From assembly GCA_020137815.1 (NCBI GenBank), contig CM035360.1, positions 2,294,001-2,358,000 on the forward strand: DNA of 64,000 nt. Direction: 5' to 3'. The stretch is from Hormiphora californensis (taxonomy: Eukaryota; Animalia; Ctenophora). This document shows positions 30,775 through 44,520 of the stretch, one piece after another. The notes beneath the pieces are model-generated. The model was not told the DNA's origin and made no database searches. It worked only from the letters and a program-made list of their open reading frames with translations. A program made the position numbers and the translations under genes. Every line of letters begins with the position of its first letter. Positions within the stretch are counted from its first letter, which is position 1.

Positions 30775-32778
30775 AAAGTCATCTGGGAAAGCGAGAAGAT
30801 TTTATAAACATGGTGCGATTTGGAAATCTATAAAAGACAGACAGCTGTCTGCTAGGGAGAGGAAAAATAGTACTAAGAGAGACATGCTACACAACAATCC
30901 TTTCCCGTTATAACGCTACGAAGTTTCTTAGCATCCCTCTCCCTCTCCCTCTCCCTCTCCCTCTCCCTCTCCCTCTCCCTCTCCCTCTCCCTCTCCCTCT
31001 CCCTCTCCCTCTCCCTCTCCCTCTCCCTCTCCCTCTCCCTCTCCCTCTCCCTCTCCCTCTCCCTCTCCCTCTCCCTCTCCCTCTTCCTCTCCCTCTCCAT
31101 CTCCATCTCTCCCTCCTCTCTCCCTTTCCCTCTCCCTCCCCTCTCTCCCTCGCCTCTCTACCTCTCCCTCCCTCTCCCTCCCCTCTCTCCCTCCCCTCTC
31201 TCTCTCTCCCTCCCCTCTCCTCTCTCCCTCCCTCTCCCTCCAATTTCCCTCCCCCCTCTCTCCCTTTCTTTCTCCCTCTCCTCTCTCTCCCTCCCCCGTA
31301 GATGGTTCAATGCTCTCCCTCTCTAACTAACTCATCTCTGCTCTCCCTCCTTCCCCATCCCAGAAAAAAACTAGCTTACAAGGAGCTGCTTTTAGCCAGA
31401 AAACTGTTTTCTACAAAACGGTTTCGGAGAAATACGGTAGAGAAGACGTGCAAGCGTCCGGCCAATCACAGTTCCAGTGTGTCCGGCAAAGTGCAGCTGA
31501 TCTCGCACACTTTCATTTACTGTGAAACCTCTGAATAATGAGTTCAGAGCAAGAATTAAATAGGGAAGAAAATCGAAAAATACTGGGTTTGACCGGGAAT
31601 TGAACCAGGGACCTCCAGAGAGACATGCTAGGAGCTATAAACCACTAAGCTACCTTAACCGAGTTCTGCCCGTGTATGTGTGAGATTCCCCATTTAACTG
31701 TTGTACAGAGGGCGTGTGTGTGTGTGTTGATCACCAGAAGGAGATATCAAAATTACTTCCCTTTACTGTGAAACCCTCACGCCAATATACCGTATTAATC
31801 AGATACCGTATTCCCACTATAACAAGCAGCACTGTAACTCAGTTCAGAACGAAATTGAAACAGTTGGGAAAATTATGCATTGTATCGGTGCGTTCGGCCC
31901 TAGAAGTTCAACGGTACCCGGATTTGGAGGAGGGGTTATTTTTGGATAAATGGTGCGGACTTATACATGTTTGTATACCGACCTATTCCGTGTACTGCAT
32001 TGTGGGGACTCACGTGCGCGTGATGAGTGCTGAAAATAGTAAACTGCGCCCTCCCTTGCACTCTAAGGACTGTCTCTCACTTTGAGTGAGAGAGATCGCT
32101 GATCAGTTATCACATACATGAGCTGACCACGTGACCAAGAGACAAGAGTGTACAAAAACACATAACCCTCCTTTAAAGGAGGGTTAGAAAGGAGGGACGA
32201 GGGTTAGAACATAACAAGGGGTGAGTGTTTTTCAAAATTACCAATCAGTGTTTTTTTGGTAAATGGTCATTTTTGGCCCAAGTTTGGCCAATTTTTGGTC
32301 AAAATTGAGATTGTATGTGCGAATTCCAGTGAATAGCGTTCACCGAACACAGATCAGGTGGACTACGTGCCCATCCACCTGCAAACTATAAAGGCAAACT
32401 TGTAGAATAGTGAAGGCTTTGAACACTTTCTAATTGATCCCTTTCTCTATCCCCTCTCTAGCTTAAATAAAGTCATCTGGGAAAGCGAGAAGATTTTATA
32501 AAAATGGTGTGATTTGGGAATCTATAAAAGAGAGACAGCTGTCTGCCAGAGGAAAAATAGTACTAAGAGAGACATGCTACACAATAATCCTTTCCCGTTA
32601 TAACGCTAGCTTCGTAGCGTAGCGTCTCTCTCTCTCTCTTTCTATCTCTCACTCTCTCTCACTCTCTGTCCCTCCCCTCTCTCCCTCTTCCCCCGTTATA
32701 ATAGATGGTTCAATGCTCTCCCTCCCCAATAAACTCATCTCGGCTCTCCCTACCTTCCTCTTCAAGAAAATCTAGCTT
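30775..32778. repeat. Dispersed duplication: 30775-31377 (with a (CCCTCT)n expansion) matches 32469-32778
   Basis: Shared AAAGTCATCTGGGAAAGCGAGAAG...CCCGTTATAACGCTA...GATGGTTCAATGCTCTCCCT blocks. Confidence 0.8.
31585..31660 (-). mobile_element. tRNA-derived SINE head / pseudo-tRNA
   Basis: A box TAGCTTAGTGG and B box GGTTCAATTCC on the minus strand; poor acceptor and anticodon stems. Confidence 0.6.
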
Positions 32779-33197
32779 GTCTCTCTCCAATAAACCACGG
32801 CATTAGCTTGTACACGATATAACTACTATATAATACAGCTCTCCCTTTATAATTATCAGCTTAGAAAGTAAAACGAATTGATACACAGGAACAACTTGGC
32901 AATCTAGTAGCCATACAATCAGTAAAATCATACAAATGGCTTCCGGGCCGAAGACCAAATGGATGCGTATCCCTATTCCCTAATCCTTTGTCAGGCACTG
33001 ACTGTACATCGCGGACCCCGGTGCGAAGAGGACGGTCTTATATCCTAAACTCCTGGCATCTACTTTCACTGTGCAGTCTTTGCCCGATCCTATCCTTGAT
33101 AAATCGGTGGTACCGCGTGGGCCAAAGGAATTCAAGTTATCTTGTCCTTCTTTTCACTCTGATGTTTTTATCATTTGAATGACATATTATCAGTGTT

Positions 33198-35366
33198 ACT
33201 GGTATTAGAAGTAAAGAAAATGACATAATACGGAGATCGGTTAGCGGCATGTTCCGAACCATGTTGTCTGACAACATGGTTCGGAACACACCGCGAGACT
33301 CGACTAACCGATCTCCGTACAACAACTCCGCGGCAGGCAACACAGTGAAAGCTGTCACATCAAAAATGACATAATGGTTTTGTGGCGGACATGATCGGAC
33401 AGCTTCTTCTAAAAATCCAATCATAAAACTGAACCGAATTTCAATTTCATTAACCATAAATAGCCTTCATGTGTCACCTTACTCAACAAGTATCAAGAGA
33501 GATACGCTCCCAGAGACTGGCTCCATTTGATTAAATTTTAATGGACTTCAAAATATGACATTATTTTAATTAAATATTGACATGACAACTAGGAAATATA
33601 ATGAGTTATACCATAGTATGAGTCATACTCAAATATAACAAACTTGTATGTAGTCATGCACTGCATTCCTTCTTGAGAGTTGAGAGTGGTCATTATGAAT
33701 GGTCAGATATTGTGCTGATAGCGCTAAAAAACGTTTAATTGCAGTTTACAAATGGTTCAATTCCCTTTTTTATACCGTTATATTATTTAACGGTAAACAC
33801 TAACAACAAATAAAAAATTATTTCAGTTCTGTTTTAACAAACAATAAACAAATTGCATACATGAATTTATGATAAAAATTAAAAAGGGTTGCACCCACTG
33901 CAGCTTCACACACAATTTGCATATGCAGCTCTTTCACAATACACCATCTATAGTAGTAAAACAAAGGAATGCAGTTCTTGAAACATTTACAGCGAGTGGA
34001 ATCATATGGAAATAACTATTTTGTACTACTTATTTGAAAGAAATTAGAATGCCAATGCTCTGACATCTGATACCAGGTCCCTGTATCTTGTCTAGCTCGT
34101 GATCGCTCATTCCTTCCCCGAGCTTCATCTGATACTAGGTTTCAGTTTGTGTAGCTCGTCTCTCATTCCTTCCCAGAGCTTCATCCTCCCATCTTGTGTA
34201 GCTCGTACCTTCCCCATTCCTTCCCCGCGAGCTTCATTTGATACTAGGTTCCAGTTTGCGCCATACCCCATTTGATTCTCTCGACTGGTATTAGAAGTAA
34301 AGAAAATGACATAATACGGAGATCGGTTAGCGGCATGTTCCGAACCATGTTGTCTGACAACATGGTTCGGAACACACCGCGAGACTCGACTAACCGATCT
34401 CCGTACAACAACTCCGCGGCAGGCAACACAGTGAAAGCTGTCACATCAAAAATGACATAATGGTTTTGTGGCGGACATGATCGGACAGCTTCTTCTAAAA
34501 ATCCAATCATAAAACTGAACCGAATTTCAATTTCATTAACCATAAATAGCCTTCATGTGTCACCTTACTCAACAAGTATCAAGAGAGATACGCTCCCAGA
34601 GACTGGCTCCATTTGATTAAATTTTAATGGACTTCAAAATATGACATTATTTTAATTAAATATTGACATGACAACTAGGAAATATAATGAGTTATACCAT
34701 AGTATGAGTCATACTCAAATATAACAAACTTGTATGTAGTCATGCACTGCATTCCTTCTTGAGAGTTGAGAGTGGTCATTATGAATGGTCAGATATTGTG
34801 CTGATAGCGCTAAAAAACGTTTAATTGCAGTTTACAAATGGTTCAATTCCCTTTTTTATACCGTTATATTATTTAACGGTAAACACTAACAACAAATAAA
34901 AAATTATTTCAGTTCTGTTTTAACAAACAATAAACAAATTGCATACATGAATTTATGATAAAAATTAAAAAGGGTTGCACCCACAGCTTCACAATTTGCA
35001 TACAGCTCTTTCACAATACACCATATTATATAAGTTGTAGTAAAACAAAGCAGTTCTTTGAAACATTTACAGCGAGTGGAATCATATGGAAATAACTATT
35101 TTGTCCTACTTATTTGAAAGAAATTAGAATGCCAATATGCTCTGACATCTGATACCAGGTCCCTGTATCTTGTCTAGCTCGTGATCGCTCATTCCTTCCC
35201 CGAGCTTCATCTGATACTAGGTTTCAGTTTGTGTAGCTCGTCTCTCATTCCTTCCCAGAGCTTCATCCTCCCATCTTGTGTAGCTCGTACCTTCCCCATT
35301 CCTTCCCGCGAGCTTCATTTGATACTAGGTTCCAGTTTGCGCCATACCCCATTTGATTCTCTCGAC
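33198..35366. repeat. Tandem duplication of ~1085 bp (33198-34283 and 34284-35366)
   Basis: Near-identical units; each carries an 87-bp TA-flanked hairpin MITE (33231-33317 and 34317-34403). Confidence 0.9.
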
Positions 35367-35627
35367 AGTGCGCTCAGATGGGTCGCGGCGCCAGACAGTC
35401 CCAGAGCTTTATCTTCTACCATCTCCCATTTTGTGACTCGTACCTCTCATTCCTTCCCGGAACTTCTCCGGAAACTTGATCCAGGTAGTTTCACCACAAG
35501 TCGTATTGCAGATGCATCATGTCTTCCATGGTGACACCTGCAGCACATGTGCAACTACACTGGTACGTGTGTTATTAACCGTGTTCCCACCTCCAGCTGC
35601 ATGCTCGACCATGCTCCGCGTGGACAC

Positions 35628-38600
35628 TTATACCGGGTACATATCCTCCTGTACTGCCAGCACGAACAACAACCTAACCTCACTGACAAGGTCCCTTAGT
35701 GTGGTCTCGTAGAAGGTGTTCCTGGCTAGGTAGATGATGGGGTTAAAGACACTGTTCAGGTTGATTAGCAGGTACCACAACATCTCTAGCAGGATCCAGG
35801 ATCTCCCCAGACCAGGCTGGGGCAAAGGCGAACATCTTGTGGAGAAGGTAGATGGCGATGAAGAAGTAGTTGAAGAAGTAACTGATGAAGAATACTAGGA
35901 TTATGAGGAGGATTGTGCCTGTGATTTTGCGCTGTTGTCGCCGTTTTATCAGTCCTTGTTGTACTGTTGCCCGGTTTATCTGAAGAGTATAGATTATGTG
36001 TTATAGAGTAGCAAGGTTATTATGTTTTAACATAACGTTTATCTGAAGGGTATAGATCATGTGTTATAGAGTAGCAAGGTTATTATCTGAAGGGTGTAGA
36101 TCATGTTTAAGAAACGCAGGTAAAGTCAATGTGATTGACGTCAAACTTTAGTCGTCCGGTAAATCGGGGTTCTGCTAAATGGAGGAGGTCCGTTAAATGG
36201 AGGTTTGTACATGTATGTCTGTGTTAATGTACCGTCGGACACCGATTTATCGGGCACCACCCTGATTTACAAAACCCTTTCCCTCGAGCATCCCGGTAAA
36301 TCGGGGTCTGACCATGTATTGTCTGCAGTTCTCAGAAACAGAATAAAAGAACTCTCGAAGCAATAGAACTAACTGCGTTAAGATACCATAATGGCGTTTA
36401 CCATAACAGGTCTAACCATCCTCCAAAGCACAGACAGAGCACAGGCAATTGAACCACCCGCAGTTTACCCGATAACCCATCCCCTCGTACCTCCCCCACC
36501 CCGTGCCACTGATGTCAGAATTCTTGCTTAGGAAGCCCCATGATATCACCAGAGCATACGAAATTACAATTTACAATATCACTTTGCTTAGAATGCCCCT
36601 GATGTGATAACCATGTCTCTGATGTGATAACCATGTCTCTGATATGATAACCCCCCATCCCATGCAACTCAACTCTGATATGATAACCCCACATCACAAT
36701 TACCTTGCCTCTGATGTGACATTGTGACAACCCCACATCACAATTACCTTGCTAAGGAATATCTTCTGCCTCGTAACCAGGAGGATCTTGATGGGACAGT
36801 AGATGAGGACAACAGCGCTGGTAATATAAGGTATCACCATGGTTACCATGTAGAAATACATTTCCTTGTCACCAAATACATCCTGAGTTCCGTAGTTGCA
36901 CAGTCCCGAACTGTAGAACTTGTACCTGGAAATGGGACGTGTGTTGTCAGGCATCTGGCATTACATGGTTATGGTGGGATATGAGTCCTCCCACTTATAT
37001 CTGAACGAAGGTGGGGAGCCCACCTCTATTTGAACAAAACTTAACTTTCATCCTAAAATCCCGGTAGATAGTAAAAATAAAGGGTCCAGCTAAAAAAGTA
37101 ATGTAACTTACCCAGATCGGGTTCCTGCGTAGTAGGGAAGAAGGGCACGAAGAAGGGAGATGGCCCAGATCAGTAGTAGCAAACAAATAACCGTCTGAAA
37201 ATAAAGAACAAATTCACATGATATGCTATCGATATATTATAATCATATCTTGATTTATCTTTGACCTGGGATTGCGATTGACCTGTAATTGACTATATAA
37301 TGGAAACTTGTACCATTCCGAGAATATTCGCCTGACTATGTTGTTCTCAAGAATTGCCCTGACAGTCGAGGGTCGAGCTAGGCAAGACTAAACACAGATG
37401 GGTGTGCCCAAAAGAGTTACCTTTCGTCGTAGGAATCGCCGGTAATGTAGGGGTGTAGTGGCGGCAATGTAGCGGTTTACTGTGATGCAAACGACAGTCA
37501 GAAGGGAAGCGAACATGACACAGTTGCTAATTACTCCTAATGTGTGGGAGATTTCATGTTAATCATGTGGGAGATTTAGTATCATGTTAATTACATAAAG
37601 TTTTTCAGTGAAAGAAGATATAAGTGGTGGTTGATGCGTGGTTGATGGCATCAATGATGTGTGGAGATAACTTGTTAGGAAATTTCTCAAGCCTTAATTC
37701 AAGTAAGTCAACGTAGAGATCTGAACAGCACCTACAATCTACATACATTCGGACCCCGATTTACCGGGATGCTCGGGGGAGGGGTTTTGGTAAATCGGGG
37801 ATTCCGGTATATCGGGGATTCCGGTAAATCGGGGTCCGACTGCACTATACCTGAGATATCACAAGATACAGCCCCGAGAATCCACGTTGCAGGCTGGTTA
37901 CCTCCTTTTACAGCCTGGTTAACAAACACTGATGCAGTGGGTAGAGTTCCGAAGATCCCCTGGAGTAGATCGGAGGTGGCCAAACTAGGGAAATTTAGTT
38001 ATTAGTGGATTTTACTGGAGTAGATCGGAGGTGGCCAAACTAGGGAAAATAATTATTAGTGGGTTTTATTGGAGTAGATCGGAGGTGGCCAAACTAGGGA
38101 AAATTAATTATTAGTGGGTTTTATTGGAGTAGATCGGAGGTGGCCAAACTAGGGAAAATTAATTATTAGTGGGTTTTATTGGAGTAGATCCGAGGTGGTA
38201 AAACTAGGGAAATTTAGTTATTAGTGGGTTTTATTGGAGTAGATCCGAGGTGGTAAAACTAGGGAAAACTAATTATTAGTGGTCTGAAAGTTACAGCTTG
38301 TATTGAGCAATCTAAATTATTAGTTATTTGGTCAACTAAATTCACCCTTATCTATTGGAACTGGAAGGTGTTATACAGTAGAACACCTTTCAGTCGACCA
38401 GCCCTTGTTGAGCAACAACAATTCAACAACCCAGCCCCATACTCAACAACTATAACAATATGATCTGGATCATCATGGTATGATCTCTGCAGTACAACTC
38501 CCCTCACACCCCTCACCCAACAACTACCTGATAAATCACCTGATTGTTGACCACCCCTCACTCTACCCCTAGTGATCCCTACCTGATGATCTGAATCTGG

Positions 38601-39092
38601 AAGGTATTGTACTGCATCCTCCACAGTAGGACATACAACTCTGCTGAATTCACTGCTATAATGTACACCGTCAGTAGAGTGTATACCACTGCCATGGTGT
38701 TGTGTAGATAACCAGCGTAGCTGGTACTGTTATTAGCATCCAACACCCTGAATAAATAGTATAGTTGTTAGCAATTAGTAACAAAATAACCCCTCCCTTG
38801 CCAGCACGCGAAAGGGGTTATTTCGTAACTGCAAGGCCCTGAATAAGTAATATAATTCAGGGTTGGTAATTGAGTTTTGTACACCGCGACAAATATTGTC
38901 AAGGAGGGTTAGAACACTAACTAACTCCCGGACAAGCTTCCAGCTGGGTGGTTTGCAGCCCACTTGGACTGGCTCAACAAGCTTCCAGCTGTATATTGCC
39001 AACCCATGCAGTCGAGATGTGTTAAAATAATCTACTCTGTGATTAACCTACCAGTTATTGAATCCCTCTTCCATCGATGGGGTAATATCCAT
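35628..39092 (-). CDS. Class A (rhodopsin-like) GPCR; exons ~39052-39092, 38583-38747, 37851-37984, ~37421-37536, ~37110-37195, ~36747-36960, 35628-35980; 1-bp frameshift near 35825
   Basis: N-glycosylation site NNST; TM1 IAVNSA; TM2 SLATSDLLQG; WILG..SC; TM3 ASLLTVVCITVNRYIA...PLHY; TM5 VIPY; TM6 ITGTILLIILVFFISY; TM7 NSVFNPIIY. Confidence 0.88.
37961..38282. repeat. 55-bp tandem repeat, 6 copies, containing the GPCR exon-3 splice acceptor
   Basis: Units start at 37961, 38016, 38070, 38125, 38180 and 38235. Confidence 0.9.
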
Positions 39093-39292
39093 GATCACAC
39101 TATAGGAGATATATTATTTTGGTCAAACAATTCTGTCCAAACTGCTATTTTCATGGAAGTTATACCAATCCCAGAGGAAAGTTTGAACAATTATGTAATT
39201 ACTCAAGAAGAGTTTAGTTGAGTAAATTATTACAAGAAGCTAGTAATTGAGTAAATTATGGTGACTGCTCAGGTTTAGAGGTAGGTAACAAG

Positions 39293-39630
39293 TAGTGTCT
39301 GACGGTGTATAAGGTCCAAATGAGGCACGGAGCTTTTCTGAATCAGCTTTTCAAGACGAATCCAACGCAACCGGAATTAGCTTTCTATCTTATCGGGAAG
39401 GTTCGGTTCACACACGCTCATTTTTAGTCATTTTTGCCGTGCGAGCCAATCAGAGGCCAGAATTTCGAAATCCAGCCCTCTGATTGGCTCGCGCGGCTAA
39501 AAATGAAAAAAGTGAACCACACCTTCCCGATAAGATAGAAAGCTAATTCCGGTTGCGTTGGATTCGTCTTGAAAAGCTGATTCAGAAAAGCTCCGTGCCT
39601 CATCTGGACCTTATACACCGTCAGACACTA
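39293..39630. mobile_element. Palindromic hAT-type MITE
   Basis: TAG...CTA termini; 8-bp TSD GTAACAAG at 39285-39292 and 39631-39638. Confidence 0.9.
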
Positions 39631-40639
39631 GTAACAAGGTCCCGGGGACATGTCCCTTATTTACATTAAATAAGGGCTGATTATTATAGGGTGATTAGTT
39701 TGGTGTGTATAAACGACCTATTACCATGTTCTTATCACACGGACACATGTAGATGGAATGAGGGGGAATAACCAGTGTAATAGACATGAGATTGGAAATC
39801 AATTAGTTAATGACTCGATATCTTCTTGGTATAATTGGAGATCACACACTCACCACACTGAGCAATTATGTGGTGGGATCTCAAGTAGAGAGCGGTCTAT
39901 GTATATAGCAAACGAGAGCGGTATTATATCAAACAAATGTAGAATAATACCAAGTTAGAATATTTACAAATGGCAAAAATAATGTAATGTTAAAATGGCT
40001 AAAGAAAAAACGTTTTACACAAACTATCGATGCAATGCAATATAATTGCCGCTGATCCCTTTACAGTCATAACTCGATTAAAGATCTCTAACTCCGTTAA
40101 ACATCGATCTGATACTTAATATTTCTCATCCCTGATCAGTATCTCTCAACCCCCGGCTAATAAATGATTCACTAAACGAAAATGAACTAAGGATTAGGAA
40201 CTGATAGTTTGGCCGATATAGCTATTAATAGTATTAATAACTAATGGCTTTTAAGTTTTAGTTTATTTGTTAGATGGTCCCTGTTCAACCTTTTAGTTTC
40301 CTATAAAATATTATTCAGAAACTACCAGTATAATACGTGAACGAGCAAGAGAGAACATAGGAACGGTTGAATTTCAATAACTTTAATATATAGGTATTTA
40401 AAAGAAGCAGGGATTAAATCCCCCATTATATTGGTAACGCGTTGTATGCTATATCACGTTGCTGTTGTGGACAATAACGTGAACTGAGACATCTTTCAAT
40501 GAATAGCACGCCAATAAGGTTCCGAGATATAAAGTCGGGAATTTTAAACAGTTCATTCAGTGCTATTGAACGGTGAACATTATCCAGTACTTGGAAATAG
40601 AGTTTCTGAATCGGGTCTGTTGTGACTATTGTACATGTA

Positions 40640-41351
40640 CAGGGTGTTCATTTTGGATCTTTACAAGCGTTATTGGATTCACCCAGAAAAAAGTTTGTAA
40701 GATTAGCTTATGAAAGATTAGCTTATGAAACTGGACTATTCTATACCCTCATTCAAGGTTCCTGTTGTTACTTCCGTAACCCTCGCTTCGCACCGGGCTC
40801 CGCGTAATCTGACAAGGTTCCTGGTGTTTTCGGAGCTCTAGCACCCCGGGAAGTGTGTTTTTGGCATCAAAACTACCAGAAGGAATTTTTTGCTGGTGCT
40901 GAGACTTTGCTAAAATGTTTTTTGGGTATTTTCTATGTCAATCCCAAAGTTTCATGGTGATTGGATGTGTTTTTCGGTCTCAGAATTTCGTAAAAAGTGG
41001 CTGGAAAGACTCAATTTTAGCCGTTTTTGAGCCGTTTTTGAGTCTATCTAGCCACTTTTTTTTCGAAATTCTGAGACCGAAAAACACATCCAATCACCAT
41101 GAAACTTTGGAATTGACTTAGAAAACTCTCAAAAAACATTTTAGCAAAGTCTCAGCACCAGCAAAAAATTCCTTCTGGTAGTTTTGATGCCAAGAACACA
41201 CAAGTCCCGGGGTGCTAGAGCTCCGAAAACACCAGGAACCTTGAATGAGGGTATAGAATAGTCCAAGTATGAAGTTTCATGACCTAATCTTGTCAACTTT
41301 TTTTTTCTGGGTGAAGCCCAACGCTTGTAAAGATCCAAAATGAACACCCTG
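40640..41351. mobile_element. Palindromic Tc1/mariner-type MITE (CAGGGTGTTCATTTTGG), TA TSD
   Basis: Long inverted arms and TA flanks; small insertion in the left arm at ~40764-40812. Confidence 0.88.
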
Positions 41352-41443
41352 TATAGTGGAACCATTAAAGTGAAACTGTATATCGTGACCACAATTTGTG
41401 ACACCAGAGTTGTGCCCATTTGAGCGTCACAATTTGTGACATA

Positions 41444-42626
41444 TGTGACTCATATAGGCCAGTCATATGACGTTTTTTTCTCACCATAAAAGTTGTAAAT
41501 CTAATTCCACTTCTAGGGTACTCTAATAGGTCCCTAGAATCACCAAATAAATCCTTCGCGAATTTCGCGGTGAAGAACTTAGGTTTTTGGGCCACACCCT
41601 TTTACCTATGTTTTTAGCCTGTTTTATAAGACGTAACATGGCTTAGGAACGGAGTAGAGACAAAACTGATGGCATTAAAGTGATCAGCGTCCTCGCATTA
41701 GTGGGGGTAGACACCGAAATTAAGTCTCTATCTTTTCAGGTTAATTAGATAATTGGATAATTAGATGCGCACATAACCGTTTTGTGGCTATATGGTAAAA
41801 ACCATCTTAGGAAACGAGTAGAGATGAAATCGAGGGCACCAAAGTGATCAGTGTCCTCGAATTAGTGGGGGTAGGTACTGGAATTAAGTCTCTATCTCAT
41901 CTGGTTAATTAGATAATTAGCTTTGCGCATAACCGTTTTTAGGCTATATGGCTATAGCCACTTAGGAATGGTTTAGAGACTTTTCACGGGTGCCATTTTG
42001 TAGGCAATGGCCAAGTTATGGGGGGTCGACGTCGGACTTTTAAGCTCTATTTCCAACCGTTTAGCCGTTATTTGGCTTTAAAGGTGCCCAAAATGGGCAA
42101 AAAACGGTAAAAAGCCCGATTTTGAGCACCTTTAAAGCCAAATAACGGCTAAACGGTTGGAAATAGAGCTTAAAAGTCCAACGTCGACCCCCCATAACTT
42201 GGCCATTGCCTACAAAATGGCACCCGTGAAAAGTCTCTAAACCATTCCTAAGTGGCTATAGCCATATAGCCCAAAAACGATTATGCGCAAAGCTAATTAT
42301 CTAATTATCTAATTAACCAGATGAGATAGAGACTTAATTCCAGCACCTACCCCCACTAATGCGAGGACGCTGATCACTTTAGTGCCCTCAGTTTTGTCTC
42401 TACTCCGTTCCTAAGCCATGTTACGTTTTACAAAGCAGGCTAAAAATATAGGTAAAAGGGCGTGGCGCAAAAACCTAAGTTCTTCACCGCGAAAATCGCG
42501 AAGGATTTTTTTGATGATTCTAGGGACCTATTAGAGTTCCCTAGAAGTGGAATTAGATTTACAACTTTTATGGTGAATTTTGATCTACATCCGACATCAT
42601 ATGACTGGCCTAATAAAGGAGTCACA
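41444..42626. mobile_element. Foldback element with internal ~140-bp subrepeats
   Basis: Inverted arms centred near 42100; internal modules shared with the element at 54407-60242. Confidence 0.8.
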
Positions 42627-42809
42627 GTCTAAAGTAGTGTATACTTGTAGTAGTACTGGCGGTGGTTCATCTATACCGAATGGTGTGAGACATGACACAA
42701 GGCAGTGGTAGTATATACGCTCTGAATCAAAGGATGGGTTGTGGCCGGAATATCGATCTAAACATGATTCAAAGATTCAACTTATCAATGGTTTTAATTA
42801 CAGCTGCAT

Positions 42810-42963
42810 AGTGTGACCCCGATGTACCGGGATGCTCGGGTGAAAGGGTTTTGCCCGGTAAATCGGGGTGATATACCGTTAATTTCCTAAATTGGGGGAA
42901 ATTTTTCCTCCCGGTAAATCGGGTTTCCGATTAATCGGGGCGCGGTAAATCGGGGTCCGACTG
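42810..42963. mobile_element. CAGTCGGACCCCGATTTACCGG MITE family copy
   Basis: CCGGTAAATCGGGG subrepeats and a GGTCCGACTG-TA end. Confidence 0.75.
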
Positions 42964-43418
42964 TATTTCTGCAACTACCACCCTATCCTTGCAAAATACA
43001 GTAACTCAGACTACTTACAATAATTTTTCAGGGAAGCAATTCGTTTCTTAGAACATTCTTAGAATCTCAGAATATATGTAAGACTCTCCTTCATTATTCG
43101 AAACAACAGAACAATGAAAAATTATGATGTTGAGGATTTTATGTATGCTATTAATAATATTGGATTCTAGATTGCTGTAATAAATGAGCGCACGACAAAG
43201 CCGACTTTATTATTTCACTTATACTGTCTTTTCACCAACCTACCCCATCGCCATTTGCAGGTACAATAGGGCCATGATCCAGGCGTGTGATTGGAAACGG
43301 CCGCTGCAGTTTGTGAACCCTAACTATTTTGGGCGTGTTCTCTATAAAAGCGGATGCAATCAGCACGTGAGCCGCAGTAAGTTTCCTTTTCGTGTATTTT
43401 ATTCTTCTCACTCTCACA

Positions 43419-43449
<31 letters not shown>

Positions 43450-43455
43450 TCTCTC

Positions 43456-43538
<83 letters not shown>

Positions 43539-44067
43539 ATCAAGTCCCGGAAGAAGCACTCGTAACGAAGTTACTTTGAACCCCAACTCGCTTCCTCCTC
43601 TCTCTTTTTATTCCCTAGATATATCTTTTCGTCAATCAGGGCTGCTTAATGTTGTATAGTCGCAGTTTGCAGTAATGAAAATGAAAACTTTCCAGATATT
43701 AACTACCATAACTTATTTAACTTTCACCCCCCTTTTATTTATTTATGTTTTCGAATCTCCAGCTCGGGTCACCTTAATTCGATATTTCACATTTCTTTGT
43801 CCCAGATCTATTGGTTATCAGTCAATGCTAAACATCTTCCTTTACACAATACGTAACCAATTAGTCGAGAAGAATGGAAAAGCGAGATGTGCCCGGGTAG
43901 GCGACTATTTAGCACAGTAGCGGCTTGTGAGAGAGATAGAAAGAGAGAGATAGAAGGAGAGATAGAAGAGAGATAGATAGACAATGTGCACATTTTGCGC
44001 TTCAGTAAGGCACGGATTTGTATGGTGGTGTCAAATACAGTTTGGTGATGCTCCCTGCCCCCTTCCA

Positions 44068-44520
44068 TGCGAGGTGATCTCTCTCCAATGCGAGGTGATC
44101 CCCTTTCATGTGAGGTGACTTCCCCTCAATGTGAGGTGATCCCCCTTCAATGCGAGGTGATCCCCCTTCCATGCGAGGTGATCCCCTTCAATGCGAGGTG
44201 ATCCCCCTACCATGTGATGTGATCTTCTTCAATGCGAGGTGATCTCCCTTCAATGGGAGGTGATCCCCATTCAATGCGAGGTGATCCCCCTTCAATGCGA
44301 GGTGATCTCCCTTCAATGGGAGGTGATCCCCCTTCAGTGCGAGGTGATCCCCCTTCAATGCGAGGTGATCCCCTTCGATGCGAGGTGATCCCCTTCAATG
44401 CGAGGTGATCCCCCTTCGATGCGAGGTGATCCCCCTTCGATGCGAGGTGATCCCCTTTCATGCGAGGTGATCCCCCTTCAATGCGAGGTGATCTCCCCCT
44501 CAATGCGAGGTGATCCTCCT
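44068..44520. repeat. ~21-bp minisatellite (TGCGAGGTGATCCCCCTTCAA)n, about 21 copies
   Basis: Direct tandem repeats with no unique spacers. Confidence 0.92.

Noticed and set aside
30873-31243. RG/RE/LS-repeat ORFs here and in other (CT)n/(GA)n tracts
   Set aside because: Translations of microsatellites.
31585-31660. Functional tRNA genes here and at 58652-58723
   Set aside because: A and B boxes are present but acceptor and anticodon stems do not pair properly; called SINE-like instead.
33137-34543. Duplicated ~100-aa ORFs (MVNEIEIRF...)
   Set aside because: They span a hairpin MITE within a tandem duplication and show no recognisable domain.
44068-44520. Regular short repeats resembling a CRISPR array (also 50362-51920 and 37961-38282)
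   Set aside because: No unique spacers, no cas genes, eukaryotic context; these are minisatellites.
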